A stretch of DNA of 38,012 nt from contig JARRMB010000003.1 in assembly GCA_037386325.1 (NCBI GenBank), positions 1 through 38,012 of the forward strand, read 5' to 3'. The notes under the pieces are model-generated. The model had not been told where the DNA came from, ran no database searches, and worked only from the letters and a program-made list of their open reading frames with translations. This document shows, in pieces, positions 27,910 to 37,368 of the stretch. How positions within the stretch are numbered: position 1 is the stretch's first letter; every line of letters starts with the position of its first letter. The stretch is from Candidatus Bathyarchaeota archaeon. GTDB lineage: Archaea > Thermoproteota > Bathyarchaeia > Bathyarchaeales > Bathyarchaeaceae. A program made the position numbers and the translations under genes.

Positions 27910-28941
27910 ATGTCTGAAACTAGAAAACTCCAAAAAATAGGAAGAACTCTTTACGTTTCAATTCCAAAATCATGGTCTAAACAAATGAAATTGAAACATG
28001 GAGATAAAGTCAACATGCTTTTGCAACCAGACAATTCTATGTGTATATCTTCAATTGATTTTCAAGAAAGTCCTCGAGAAATTACATTAAAAATCAAATC
28101 CCAATCCTCTAAGCATTCAATTAAACGAGAAATTGTTGCCGCTTATGTTGATGGTTTTGATATAATTAAAGTAATTTCAGAAGAAAGTATTTCAGATGAA
28201 AAACATGATGCAATTCGAGAAATAATAAATAGTTTATTTGGTCTGGAATTAATCGAAATTTCAAAAAATAGTATGACAATTCAATGTTTGCTTAAAAGAA
28301 GTTTAGAAATAGACAAAACAATTCATCGAATACATAATGTTATTTCCTCTATGTTTGAAGAAACCATTGTTATATTACGAAAACAAAATGCTAGTCCAAT
28401 TTCTGGTTTATCAAGAAGAATGGAAGATATTAGAAGACTTCATTTAGTTTCCAATCGTTTACTTCGAAGTTTTTTGCTTTTTCCTGATCCAAAAAATAGT
28501 ATGGAAATTAGTTTAATTGATTGCGTTGATTACCTTCAAATTCTCCATTTAATATCAGAAATTGCTTCAAATGTACATAGAATCTCTCAAAGTGTTTCAT
28601 CATTAAATAGTCATGAGCTTCCTAAGCAGGTGTCAGAGCCATTGTATCAAGTAAGTGCAACAATAAAACGCTCCTTGGATTCCTCAGTTGAAGCTTTACT
28701 TACCAAGGATATAGTTCTAGCAAATCAAATCCTAGATATGAAACAAACTTCTGAGATGAACCTTGAAGAATTATGGAAATTCTGTAAAAATACTAGTAAC
28801 TCAACAATTTCAAGTCGTATTTTATCTTATGCTTATCTTCTCATCGATTGTTTAAAACGTATAAATCATCACTCTTCTGAAATTTCTGAAATTGCCATAG
28901 ATAGAGCTGAAGCTTCTAATGTTAATATTCAGAAGTCTTAA
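27910..28941 (+). CDS. Archaeal AbrB-PhoU-type regulator
   Basis: ETRKLQKIG..YVSIPKSW (AbrB/SpoVT), REIVAAYVDGFD, helical PhoU-like C-terminus. Confidence 0.85.
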   Translation: MSETRKLQKIGRTLYVSIPKSWSKQMKLKHGDKVNMLLQPDNSMCISSIDFQESPREITLKIKSQSSKHSIKREIVAAYVDGFDIIKVISEESISDEKHDAIREIINSLFGLELIEISKNSMTIQCLLKRSLEIDKTIHRIHNVISSMFEETIVILRKQNASPISGLSRRMEDIRRLHLVSNRLLRSFLLFPDPKNSMEISLIDCVDYLQILHLISEIASNVHRISQSVSSLNSHELPKQVSEPLYQVSATIKRSLDSSVEALLTKDIVLANQILDMKQTSEMNLEELWKFCKNTSNSTISSRILSYAYLLIDCLKRINHHSSEISEIAIDRAEASNVNIQKS

Positions 28942-29081
28942 ATTTACATTAAATTGTTATTTTTAAAACTTAATTAGACCAACTATTTTCAAATTTTTGC
29001 AATCAACCATTTAATTATAGTTTTATAGGTGTCCGTTACATTCTTTCTTGGGCATAGTTTCTGTCCAAGAGGAGAATATTA

Positions 29082-29660
29082 TTGCAGATTGATCCCATAT
29101 CCTCAATCAAGGATGCTGATTTCATTTATGAAAATACGCCTGTTAAAATAGTGGCAAATAGGAATAGTCCTAAAATCGATCTTCCTGGGTTTACAGTTGG
29201 GCCTTTCAAAGAAGGACAAGAATATGAAGTTAGATTGTGGGTTGCAAATGAACTTAAAAAAGCTGGAATAGCTAGGATTCGTATGGATGATCCTATGGAT
29301 TTGATGGTATTGAATAAGATACAGTGGAAAGAACGTGTTCAGACTTCTCAAAAAGTCACATCAGTTCCTGTTGATTTCTATCCTAAATTACGACGTTATT
29401 TAGAAGAGTTAAATGAAGAAGCTATAAAAAAACCTGAAAAAAGAAATGATTATGAAAAAGCAATGAATCTTTCCGATGATATTGCTCGGATGAGACTTAA
29501 AAAGATTGTATCTTTGGCTTCCTCTTCTTCTAAGACACAAACCAGCCAAATTCTTCGAAGTCTAACAAATGAGGAAAAAAGTATCTATTCTCATTTACAT
29601 ACAATTATAAGTCAGTGGAGAAACGAAATCTTGAAAAGTCAGCGAGTTGTCAAAACGTGA
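29082..29660 (+). CDS. GINS subunit (Gins23/Psf2-like)
   Basis: GPFKEG.EYEVRLWVA, P.DFY, RLKKIV, LTNEE; overlaps the mcm start. Confidence 0.78.
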   Translation: MQIDPISSIKDADFIYENTPVKIVANRNSPKIDLPGFTVGPFKEGQEYEVRLWVANELKKAGIARIRMDDPMDLMVLNKIQWKERVQTSQKVTSVPVDFYPKLRRYLEELNEEAIKKPEKRNDYEKAMNLSDDIARMRLKKIVSLASSSSKTQTSQILRSLTNEEKSIYSHLHTIISQWRNEILKSQRVVKT

Positions 29661-31693
29661 CCGAAGGTGTTTTAACTGCAGATCCAGAGGAATTGTTTCT
29701 GGACTTTTTTAAAGCTAATAAGTATCGTGAACGTTTGTCCATAATGGCTGTTTCTGGAAAGAAATCCTTTGTTGTAGATTTTGAAGAATTATTATCTGCT
29801 GAACCAAAATTAGCCCAACAGTTATTGGACCATCCTGATGAATATCTTGAATATGCTAATAGAGCTGCTAAGGCTCAATTGCAGATCGAAGAACCTGAAT
29901 ATGCAGAAGAACTGGTCAACATTACGGTTCGATTTGAAGGGTTACCTGAAGTAACCCCATTGCGAATTTTGGGTTCTAAACACATCAGTAGATTTGTTAT
30001 GTTAGAAGGAATTGTTGTTAGAGCCAGTCCTGCTCGACCCTTGGTAATGGAAGCTGCTTTTAAATGTAAATGGTGTGGTGCTATGTCTAATGTTATTCAG
30101 TCGGGTCCTTTTCTAACTGCTCCACCTCATTGTAGTGCCCCTGAATGTAGAAGAAAAAGTTCTTTTGATTTTATTCAGGAAGAATCTACTTTTATAGACT
30201 CGCAAGATGTTAGGATTCAAGAACGTCCAGAGGATCTTCCTCCTGGTCAACTCCCTCGTTGGCTTGATATCAAACTTCTTGAACGCGATTTAGTTGATAT
30301 GGCTAGACCTGGTGATCATGTTGTTGTGGTGGGAATAGCTCGAGCAGTTGCTTCGACTTTACCTAGAGTTGGTCGGCTTCGTTCTTTTACTTTACATCTC
30401 GATACTAACTTTATTAATGTAGTTAGTAAAGAACCTGAAAAGCTCGTTGCCACACCAGAAGAAGAAGAAAAGATTATTGAGCTTTCTAAAGATCCAAAAA
30501 TTCAATCAAAGATTCTTTCTTCTTTAGCTCCATCAATTTATGGATATGAACATATCAAAGAAGCTATAATGTATCTCCTATTTGGTGGTACATCAAAAAT
30601 ATTTCCTGACATTACAATAAGAGGAGACCTCAACGTCCTTATGGTAGGAGATCCAGGAACTGCAAAATCTCAGCTTCTTCAATATGTGGCTAAAATTGCT
30701 CCTCGAGGTCTATATACTAGTGGACGAGGAACAACTGCTGCTGGATTGACTGCTGCTGTTCTTCGCGATAAATCTGGTGGTATGACTCTTGAGGCGGGTG
30801 CACTGGTTCTTGCCGACAAGGGTGTAGCTGCTATAGATGAGATGGATAAGATGCGAACTGAAGATCGGGTAGCTATTCATGAGGTTATGGAACAGCACAC
30901 TGTTTCAGTTGCAAAAGGTGGCATAGTTGCTACATTAAATGCTAGAACCAGTATTTTGGCAGCTGCTAATCCCACATTAGGACGATATGATCCATATCGG
31001 ACAGTGAGTGAAAATATTTCCCTTCCAGTTACAATTCTTTCAAGATTTGACCTAATTTTTGTTTTGCGTGATGTTCCTGAGAAAAGTAAAGATTCACGTA
31101 TGACTGAGCATATTCTTGATCTTCATAGAACTGGTGTTTCCCCTGTTGATCCTCCAATTGATGCAGATCTTTTCCGAAAATATGTCAGCTATGCTAAGAA
31201 TATTAAACCTGTTTTAACAAAAGATGCATTAGAAAGATTAAAGGATTTTTACCTAATTATGAGGTCTGCAAGTGAAACTGAAGGAACGCCTGTGGCTATA
31301 ACAGCTAGACAATTAGAGTCACTGGTTCGTATTGCTGAAGCTAGAGCACGAGTAGGTCTTAGAGAAAAAGTTTTGGTAGAAGATGCTGATCAAGCTATTG
31401 AGATTATGAAGACATCATTAGAGCAGGTTGGAATTGATGTCTCTTCCAACAAGTTTGATATTGATATACTTATGACTGGAAAACCTAAGAGTCTTCGTGA
31501 TAAACTCTCAGTTATGCTCGGTTTGATTTCGAGTATGGAAAAAGAAACGGGTATTGTTGACAAAGAGCGTTTGATAGAGCGGTTACAAACGGAATATGAT
31601 ATTTCAGCTGGAGAAGCTGAGCGTCTAATTGGGCAAATGCTTAAAGAAGGAACACTATTTGCACCTCGTGATGGATTTATCAAAAAAACTTGA
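29657..31693 (+). CDS. mcm: Replicative helicase MCM
   Basis: C4 zinc finger, GDPGTAKSQ, IDEMDKM, SRFD, ITARQLE, winged-helix tail. GTG start overlaps the GINS stop (GTGA). Confidence 0.96.
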   Translation: MTEGVLTADPEELFLDFFKANKYRERLSIMAVSGKKSFVVDFEELLSAEPKLAQQLLDHPDEYLEYANRAAKAQLQIEEPEYAEELVNITVRFEGLPEVTPLRILGSKHISRFVMLEGIVVRASPARPLVMEAAFKCKWCGAMSNVIQSGPFLTAPPHCSAPECRRKSSFDFIQEESTFIDSQDVRIQERPEDLPPGQLPRWLDIKLLERDLVDMARPGDHVVVVGIARAVASTLPRVGRLRSFTLHLDTNFINVVSKEPEKLVATPEEEEKIIELSKDPKIQSKILSSLAPSIYGYEHIKEAIMYLLFGGTSKIFPDITIRGDLNVLMVGDPGTAKSQLLQYVAKIAPRGLYTSGRGTTAAGLTAAVLRDKSGGMTLEAGALVLADKGVAAIDEMDKMRTEDRVAIHEVMEQHTVSVAKGGIVATLNARTSILAAANPTLGRYDPYRTVSENISLPVTILSRFDLIFVLRDVPEKSKDSRMTEHILDLHRTGVSPVDPPIDADLFRKYVSYAKNIKPVLTKDALERLKDFYLIMRSASETEGTPVAITARQLESLVRIAEARARVGLREKVLVEDADQAIEIMKTSLEQVGIDVSSNKFDIDILMTGKPKSLRDKLSVMLGLISSMEKETGIVDKERLIERLQTEYDISAGEAERLIGQMLKEGTLFAPRDGFIKKT

Positions 31694-31714
31694 TATGGAT
31701 AAAGGACATTCGCC

Positions 31715-33949
31715 TTGAAGATCGAAGAGCTATCGCTGCATGATTCTGTAAAACAAGTTTTAAAAGATTCAGGAATAACTGAACTTTATCCTCCTCAGAA
31801 AGACGCTGTATTAGCTGGAGTTTTAGAAGGGAAAAATCTTGTTTTAGCAAGTCCTACCGCTTCAGGTAAAACTTTGGTTGCAGAATTGTGTGCTCTTAAA
31901 CATGTTCTTGAGAAGGATGGCAAAGTCTTGTATCTTTCTCCACTAAGAGCATTAGCTCGTGAGAAGTTTGATGAATTCAATAAATATACTCATATACGAA
32001 AAGGAAATGGAAGACACATCAGGATAGGTGTAAGCACAGGAGATTACGATAGTAGTGATCCTTGGATGGGAAGATATGATATTATAGTTACAACTAATGA
32101 GAAAGCTGATTCTTTACTTAGACACAGAGCAAAATGGGTCAATGATATATCCTTGGTAGTTGCTGATGAAGTTCATCTTTTAAATGATGCAGATCGTGGT
32201 CCAACTCTTGAAGTTGTTTTGGCCCGTCTTATGCAAGTTAGTCCAGATATACAACTTCTGGTTTTAAGTGCTACAATAAAGAATGTAGATGAAGTTGCCG
32301 AATGGCTTAAAGCATTTTCTGTTACTACAGACTGGAGACCTGTTACCTTAAGGGAAGGAGTAATTCTTCATGATGAAGTTTTATTCAAAGATGGTGGGGC
32401 ACTCAAAATAGAAAATAGCACAAAGAATTCTGTACTCAACTTGGCAGTGTACACTGTTCGTTCGGGGAATCAGGCATTGGCTTTTGCAGGAACTAGAAGA
32501 AATTCTATAAGTTTAGCAAAGAAGATTTCAGTTAAGATTAAACCTCTACTATCCAAGCCAATGAAACGTTCTTTGAAACAATTATCTGAGAAAATATTAG
32601 CAACTGGAGAACGTACGCGATTAGGAGAACAGTTAGCAGAAATTGTTAGTGGAGGAGCTGCGTTTCACCATGCGGGGTTAAGTGGTGGTCATAGAAAGAT
32701 TATTGAAGATTCTTTTCGACAAGGTCGAATAAAAGTTCTAGCAGCTACTCCAACTCTAGCATTTGGTATGAATCTTCCAGCAAGAACTGTAATGATCAGT
32801 GAATATCGTCGATATGAATCAGGATATGGATATTATCCGATACCTGTTCTTGAGTATAAACAGATGGCTGGAAGAGCTGGAAGACCAAGATACGATAAAT
32901 TTGGAGATTCAATACTTATAGCTAAGACTGAAGACGAACGTGACTATTTGATGGAAAATTATATTTTGGCTGAAACCGAGAGAATATGGTCAAAATTAGC
33001 TGTAGAAAAAATTCTTCGTTCTCATGTTTTAGCTACTGTTGCATCAGATTTTGCTCATACAGAACAAGGAATCTATGAATTTTTTGGAAAGACTTTTTAT
33101 GCTTTTCAATATGATCCTCGAGCAATAAAAGGAGTTATTCAGAAGAGTTTGGGTTTTCTTTTCACTGAGAAAATGATTGAAGTTGTTGGTGCAAAAATTT
33201 TTGCAACTAAATTTGGGCGTAGAGTATCGGAGCTTTATATTGATCCTTTTACTGGAGTAACTATTCGAGATGGATTGACAAATCGAGCTCAAAGTTTAAC
33301 TGATTTTAGTTTTCTGCACATGATTTCTCGGACGCCAGATATGTATCCTAAGCTTCGTCCATATGCAAACGAAATGGATCCTCTTCAATTTTTTATTGAA
33401 GATCATAAAGATGAATTTGTGTTTGATTTACCTGATCCTTGGATTGATAGGATAGATTTTGAGAATTTTCTTGGTGAAGTTAAACTTTCATGGGTTCTTA
33501 AATCATGGATGGATGAAATAAGTGAAGACGAAATGATTGAACGTTTCAAAGTGCAACCGGGGGATCTTTATCGTCTTATTTCAACCGCCAAATGGCTTAT
33601 TCATGCATCTCATGAGTTAGCTTCTCTGTTTAAACACAAGGATTTGTTACCGCGACTTGCTAAGTTAACCGTAAGAATTGAAAAAGGAGTCAAGCCAGAA
33701 CTTTTGCCCTTAACTGCTTTAGATGGAATTGGTAGAGCAAGAGCTCGGGTACTTTTCAATTCTAGTTTCAGGACAATTGAAGATCTAAAACGAGCTCCAT
33801 TACCAAGATTAACAGGACTTCCATTAATTGGTCCTCGGTTAGCCCAAAAAATTAAGGAACAAGTTGGAGGTTTTGTTAAACAAGATGCGTGGGAAAGTTT
33901 AAAAAATAAAAAAGAAACAGAGAGACAAAAATCATTAACCGATTTCTAA
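31715..33949 (+). CDS. hel308: Ski2-like SF2 DNA helicase Hel308/Hjm
   Basis: PTASGKT, DEVH, LSAT, FHHAGL, QMAGRAGRP, LYIDP, GIGRARAR. Confidence 0.93.
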   Translation: MKIEELSLHDSVKQVLKDSGITELYPPQKDAVLAGVLEGKNLVLASPTASGKTLVAELCALKHVLEKDGKVLYLSPLRALAREKFDEFNKYTHIRKGNGRHIRIGVSTGDYDSSDPWMGRYDIIVTTNEKADSLLRHRAKWVNDISLVVADEVHLLNDADRGPTLEVVLARLMQVSPDIQLLVLSATIKNVDEVAEWLKAFSVTTDWRPVTLREGVILHDEVLFKDGGALKIENSTKNSVLNLAVYTVRSGNQALAFAGTRRNSISLAKKISVKIKPLLSKPMKRSLKQLSEKILATGERTRLGEQLAEIVSGGAAFHHAGLSGGHRKIIEDSFRQGRIKVLAATPTLAFGMNLPARTVMISEYRRYESGYGYYPIPVLEYKQMAGRAGRPRYDKFGDSILIAKTEDERDYLMENYILAETERIWSKLAVEKILRSHVLATVASDFAHTEQGIYEFFGKTFYAFQYDPRAIKGVIQKSLGFLFTEKMIEVVGAKIFATKFGRRVSELYIDPFTGVTIRDGLTNRAQSLTDFSFLHMISRTPDMYPKLRPYANEMDPLQFFIEDHKDEFVFDLPDPWIDRIDFENFLGEVKLSWVLKSWMDEISEDEMIERFKVQPGDLYRLISTAKWLIHASHELASLFKHKDLLPRLAKLTVRIEKGVKPELLPLTALDGIGRARARVLFNSSFRTIEDLKRAPLPRLTGLPLIGPRLAQKIKEQVGGFVKQDAWESLKNKKETERQKSLTDF

Positions 33950-35316
33950 TTTGATAAACCTCTGTTCTTCCTTTCTTGTTGTGTCATTTTAATGACAAGG
34001 TCAATCTGTTCCAATGCTGTTCCTAAATAATTTGTTGGATTCATTACATTTTCAATTTCTGGAGAGCTCAAAGTGTCTTGCACAATTTTATTCTCTTTTA
34101 GAATTTCCTTGAATATTCTTTTTTCAGTGTAACTTTTTATCGCTAATTGTCTTGTTATTTCATGTGCTTTCTGGCGACCTAACCCCTTTTTTGCTAAAGC
34201 AAGCATTACTGCTTCGGACATCATTCTACCTTGAGTTATTCCCATATTTTTTTGCATCTGTTTTTCGTCAACTTTTAACCCTTTCATTACTCTAATCATT
34301 AGAATTAACATGTAATCAATTAGAATACATTCTTCAGGAATTACAAACCGTTCACAAGATGATTGGGTTAAATCACGTTCATGCCAAGTCGGAACATTCT
34401 CCAAAGCAGGAGAGACAAGACTTCTAAGTATTTTTGCTAGACCACAGATTCTTTCACTTATCATTGGATTTCGTTTATGAGGCATGGTAGAGCTTCCAAC
34501 TTGATTTTTTTGCTCAAAAGACTCAAAAACTTCCCTAATTTCTGGTCTCTGTAACTCTCGAACTTCAGAAGCTATATTGTCTAATGAAGATGCAAGAATA
34601 GCTAATATACACGTTAATTCTGCATACCTGTCTCTTTGAATAATTTGTGTTGAAATTTCTGAGGATTTTATTCCCAGTTTTTCCATAACAAGTTTTTGTA
34701 TCTTAATTGCCCCTAATCCTAAACCCGCTTGTGTTCCTACTGCTCCACTCATTTTTCCAACCAATAACCTTTCTTTGCATTCTTGTAACCGTTGAATGTG
34801 TCTGGCGATTTCTCTTGTCCATACAGCAAATTTAAATCCAAGAGTTGTTGGTAACGCATGCTGTCCATGAGTTCTTCCCATCATAACTGATTGTTTATAC
34901 TTTCTTGAATGATCAAGTAAAACTGATTCCAAATCATTCAATCTTTTTTCAATAATGTTTACTGCTTCTTTGAGTTGTAATGCAGTAGCAGTATCTAAAA
35001 TATCGGAACTAGTGGCTCCCAAATGAATGTAAGCACCACTGGGACCACATTTTTCCGACAAGGCTCTTACTAATGCCATTATATCATGTTTTGTTTCTTT
35101 TTCTATTTCTTTAACTCGTTTTAATTTAACATACTTAATTGAGGCTTTTTCTGATATTATCTCAGCATCAGTCTTAGGTATGTTTCCCACTTGGCTATGA
35201 GCCCATGCCAATGCGGCTTCTACATCCAACATTTTTTGTAATCTGTTTTTTTCATCAAAGTTTTTTAGCATTTCAGGTGATCCATATCGACCTGTGTCTA
35301 TAGGTAAAATCGGCAA
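33946..35316 (-). CDS. purB: Adenylosuccinate lyase
   Basis: HDIMA, IHLGATSSD, GRTHGQHA, GSSTMPHKRNP, WHERDL. Start moved to TTG 35316, behind a GGAGGAG RBS. Confidence 0.95.
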   Translation of the reverse strand: MPILPIDTGRYGSPEMLKNFDEKNRLQKMLDVEAALAWAHSQVGNIPKTDAEIISEKASIKYVKLKRVKEIEKETKHDIMALVRALSEKCGPSGAYIHLGATSSDILDTATALQLKEAVNIIEKRLNDLESVLLDHSRKYKQSVMMGRTHGQHALPTTLGFKFAVWTREIARHIQRLQECKERLLVGKMSGAVGTQAGLGLGAIKIQKLVMEKLGIKSSEISTQIIQRDRYAELTCILAILASSLDNIASEVRELQRPEIREVFESFEQKNQVGSSTMPHKRNPMISERICGLAKILRSLVSPALENVPTWHERDLTQSSCERFVIPEECILIDYMLILMIRVMKGLKVDEKQMQKNMGITQGRMMSEAVMLALAKKGLGRQKAHEITRQLAIKSYTEKRIFKEILKENKIVQDTLSSPEIENVMNPTNYLGTALEQIDLVIKMTQQERKNRGLSN

Positions 35317-35404
35317 TTTGTTCTCCTCCGGAAACGATACATAAATGTATTGAGCATAGCTTTTACCAGTTTCGCCTAAAAATTGTGTCTTTGGAGGTAG
35401 AAGT

Positions 35405-36874
35405 TTGGGAGCTTTAGTAGCAGCTATCGATAAGAAGGGTAGAAATGTAGTTCCATCAGTTTTTTCTATGATGAAAGAGTTGGTACATAGAGGAAATGAT
35501 TCCCATGGACTTTCAACATCAAAACTGGTTTCTATTGGAAAAAAATTCAATGAATTGGACTTGGACTCTGCAAACTCGAATTTAGCAATGGGTTATAACT
35601 TTTCGCATATTTTACCCAGAGATCATCCTCAACCCATTCAAGCTGGTGATTTTTCCTTAATATTTGAAGGAAGATTCTTTCCTTCTCCAAATTTGAATGA
35701 ATTACCCGAACCAAAACAGCTTGCGATAAAAATTACTTCAAATCCTGTTAGATCTACCGAAAAAATTCTTGAAAGGATGGAAGGCTCTTATGTTTTTATT
35801 TTAGCAAAATCTGACAGGTTAATTGTCGGAAGAGATGTTTTTGGGGCTACTCCCCTATACTTTGCAGAAAATGAATCTTTGTGTGCTTTAGCGTCTGAAA
35901 GAAAAGCACTTTGGAATATAGGTTTAAAGAATGTAAAATCTTTTCCTCCAGGGAATTTATCAATAGTTACCGCAGATGGGTTCTCTTTCCGTTCTGTCAA
36001 GAAGTTGCGAATGCCTCCGATCAAGCGTGTAAACTTAGAGACAGCTGCACAAGCATTACAAATTCTTCTTTTAGAATCTACTAGAAAACGAGTTTCTGAT
36101 CTTGACAAAGTTGCTGTGGCATTTTCTGGTGGTATAGATAGTAGTGTGGTCGCATGTTTAGCTAAGTATTCTGGTTTAGATGTTCAACTTATTACTGTTG
36201 GATTAGAAGATCAACCCGAAGTACAGTTTGCACAAGAAGCTGCAAATGAATTAGATTTGCCATTAAACCTCAAACTTTACACTAAAGATGAGTTAGAGAA
36301 AACACTTGAAAAAGTATTATGGTTAACCGAAGAATCAAGTTCTGTTAGTTCTAGTATCGCTATTCCTTTCTACTGGATTGCAGAAAACACCGCTAAACTT
36401 GGATATCCTATTCTATTAGCGGGGCAGGGTGCTGACGAACTTTTTGGTGGTTATAATAGATACCTTGTGGAATATTCTCAATCAAATGAGGAGTCTGTGA
36501 GGAAAAAAATGTTTGATGATGTTGTTAATGCATATGATGATAATTTTCAAAGAGACAATCAAGTCTGTGCTTTTCATGGAGTTGAGTTACGTTTACCATA
36601 CATAGATAGTAGTGTTGTTGATTTTTCATTACGGTTACCGTTTCATCATAAAATTAATTCGATCAACGATAATCTTAGGAAACAAATTCTTCGTAGAGTT
36701 GCTCAGAACTTAGATATTCCAGATTTCATTGCTAATAAACCCAAGAAAGCAGTTCAATACACGACTGGAGTAACAAAAGTTCTTAAACAAATAGCTAAGA
36801 ATCAAAATTTGACGTTGGCTAAATATATAAAAAATGTGTTCAATAAAATCTATCAAAAAAATTCTATCAAATAA
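35405..36874 (+). CDS. asnB: Asparagine synthetase B-like amide ligase lacking the N-terminal Cys
   Basis: HRG, GRD..G..PLY, SGGIDSS, GQGADELFGGY, ELRLPY, KKAVQY. Confidence 0.82.
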   Translation: MGALVAAIDKKGRNVVPSVFSMMKELVHRGNDSHGLSTSKLVSIGKKFNELDLDSANSNLAMGYNFSHILPRDHPQPIQAGDFSLIFEGRFFPSPNLNELPEPKQLAIKITSNPVRSTEKILERMEGSYVFILAKSDRLIVGRDVFGATPLYFAENESLCALASERKALWNIGLKNVKSFPPGNLSIVTADGFSFRSVKKLRMPPIKRVNLETAAQALQILLLESTRKRVSDLDKVAVAFSGGIDSSVVACLAKYSGLDVQLITVGLEDQPEVQFAQEAANELDLPLNLKLYTKDELEKTLEKVLWLTEESSSVSSSIAIPFYWIAENTAKLGYPILLAGQGADELFGGYNRYLVEYSQSNEESVRKKMFDDVVNAYDDNFQRDNQVCAFHGVELRLPYIDSSVVDFSLRLPFHHKINSINDNLRKQILRRVAQNLDIPDFIANKPKKAVQYTTGVTKVLKQIAKNQNLTLAKYIKNVFNKIYQKNSIK

Positions 36875-36960
36875 TCAAAATTGAATGTTTGAACCGGTTA
36901 AGATTTCTAATTAATGTTATATATTGATAGAAACTAAAGTTTTCTAAAGGAATAAAAAAA

Positions 36961-37368
36961 TTGGATGTGGAATCATTAGCTTGTAACCTTAAAGAACTTG
37001 AAAATGAATATGATGACCTTGTAAAGAAAATTGAAGCAATTGATAGCAAATTATATTTAAGAAAATCAATTTTATCTTTTTCAGGTTTTTTTGTCCTTAT
37101 CCTTTTTGTATCTTCGATAGTTCTAATTGGTGGAATTATTCTTACTTTAGTATCAGGTATTTTTAATCTATATTCTGATTTATTTTCGATTATGCTTTTA
37201 ATTCTTAGCTATTTGTTTAAGAGCTTTTGTTACTCCAGTCGTATATTGAACTGCTTTCTTGCGTTTATTAACAATGAAATCTGGAATATCCAAGTTCTGA
37301 GCAACTCTACGAAGAATCTGTTTCCTAAGATTATCGTTAATCGAATTAATTTTATGATGAAACGGTAA
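36961..37368 (+). CDS. Hypothetical coiled-coil plus TM protein, probably interrupted at about 37200
   Basis: The first ~80 codons look protein-like (coiled coil, hydrophobic helices); the rest is antisense to the asnB duplicate. Confidence 0.4.
   Translation: MDVESLACNLKELENEYDDLVKKIEAIDSKLYLRKSILSFSGFFVLILFVSSIVLIGGIILTLVSGIFNLYSDLFSIMLLILSYLFKSFCYSSRILNCFLAFINNEIWNIQVLSNSTKNLFPKIIVNRINFMMKR

Noticed and set aside
10806-31693. Inteins in RFC or MCM
   Set aside because: Lengths are normal and motifs are uninterrupted.
35317-35550. N-terminal extension of PurB in the ORF track
   Set aside because: It overlaps the asnB-like gene on the other strand; an RBS plus TTG at 35316 gives a normal length.
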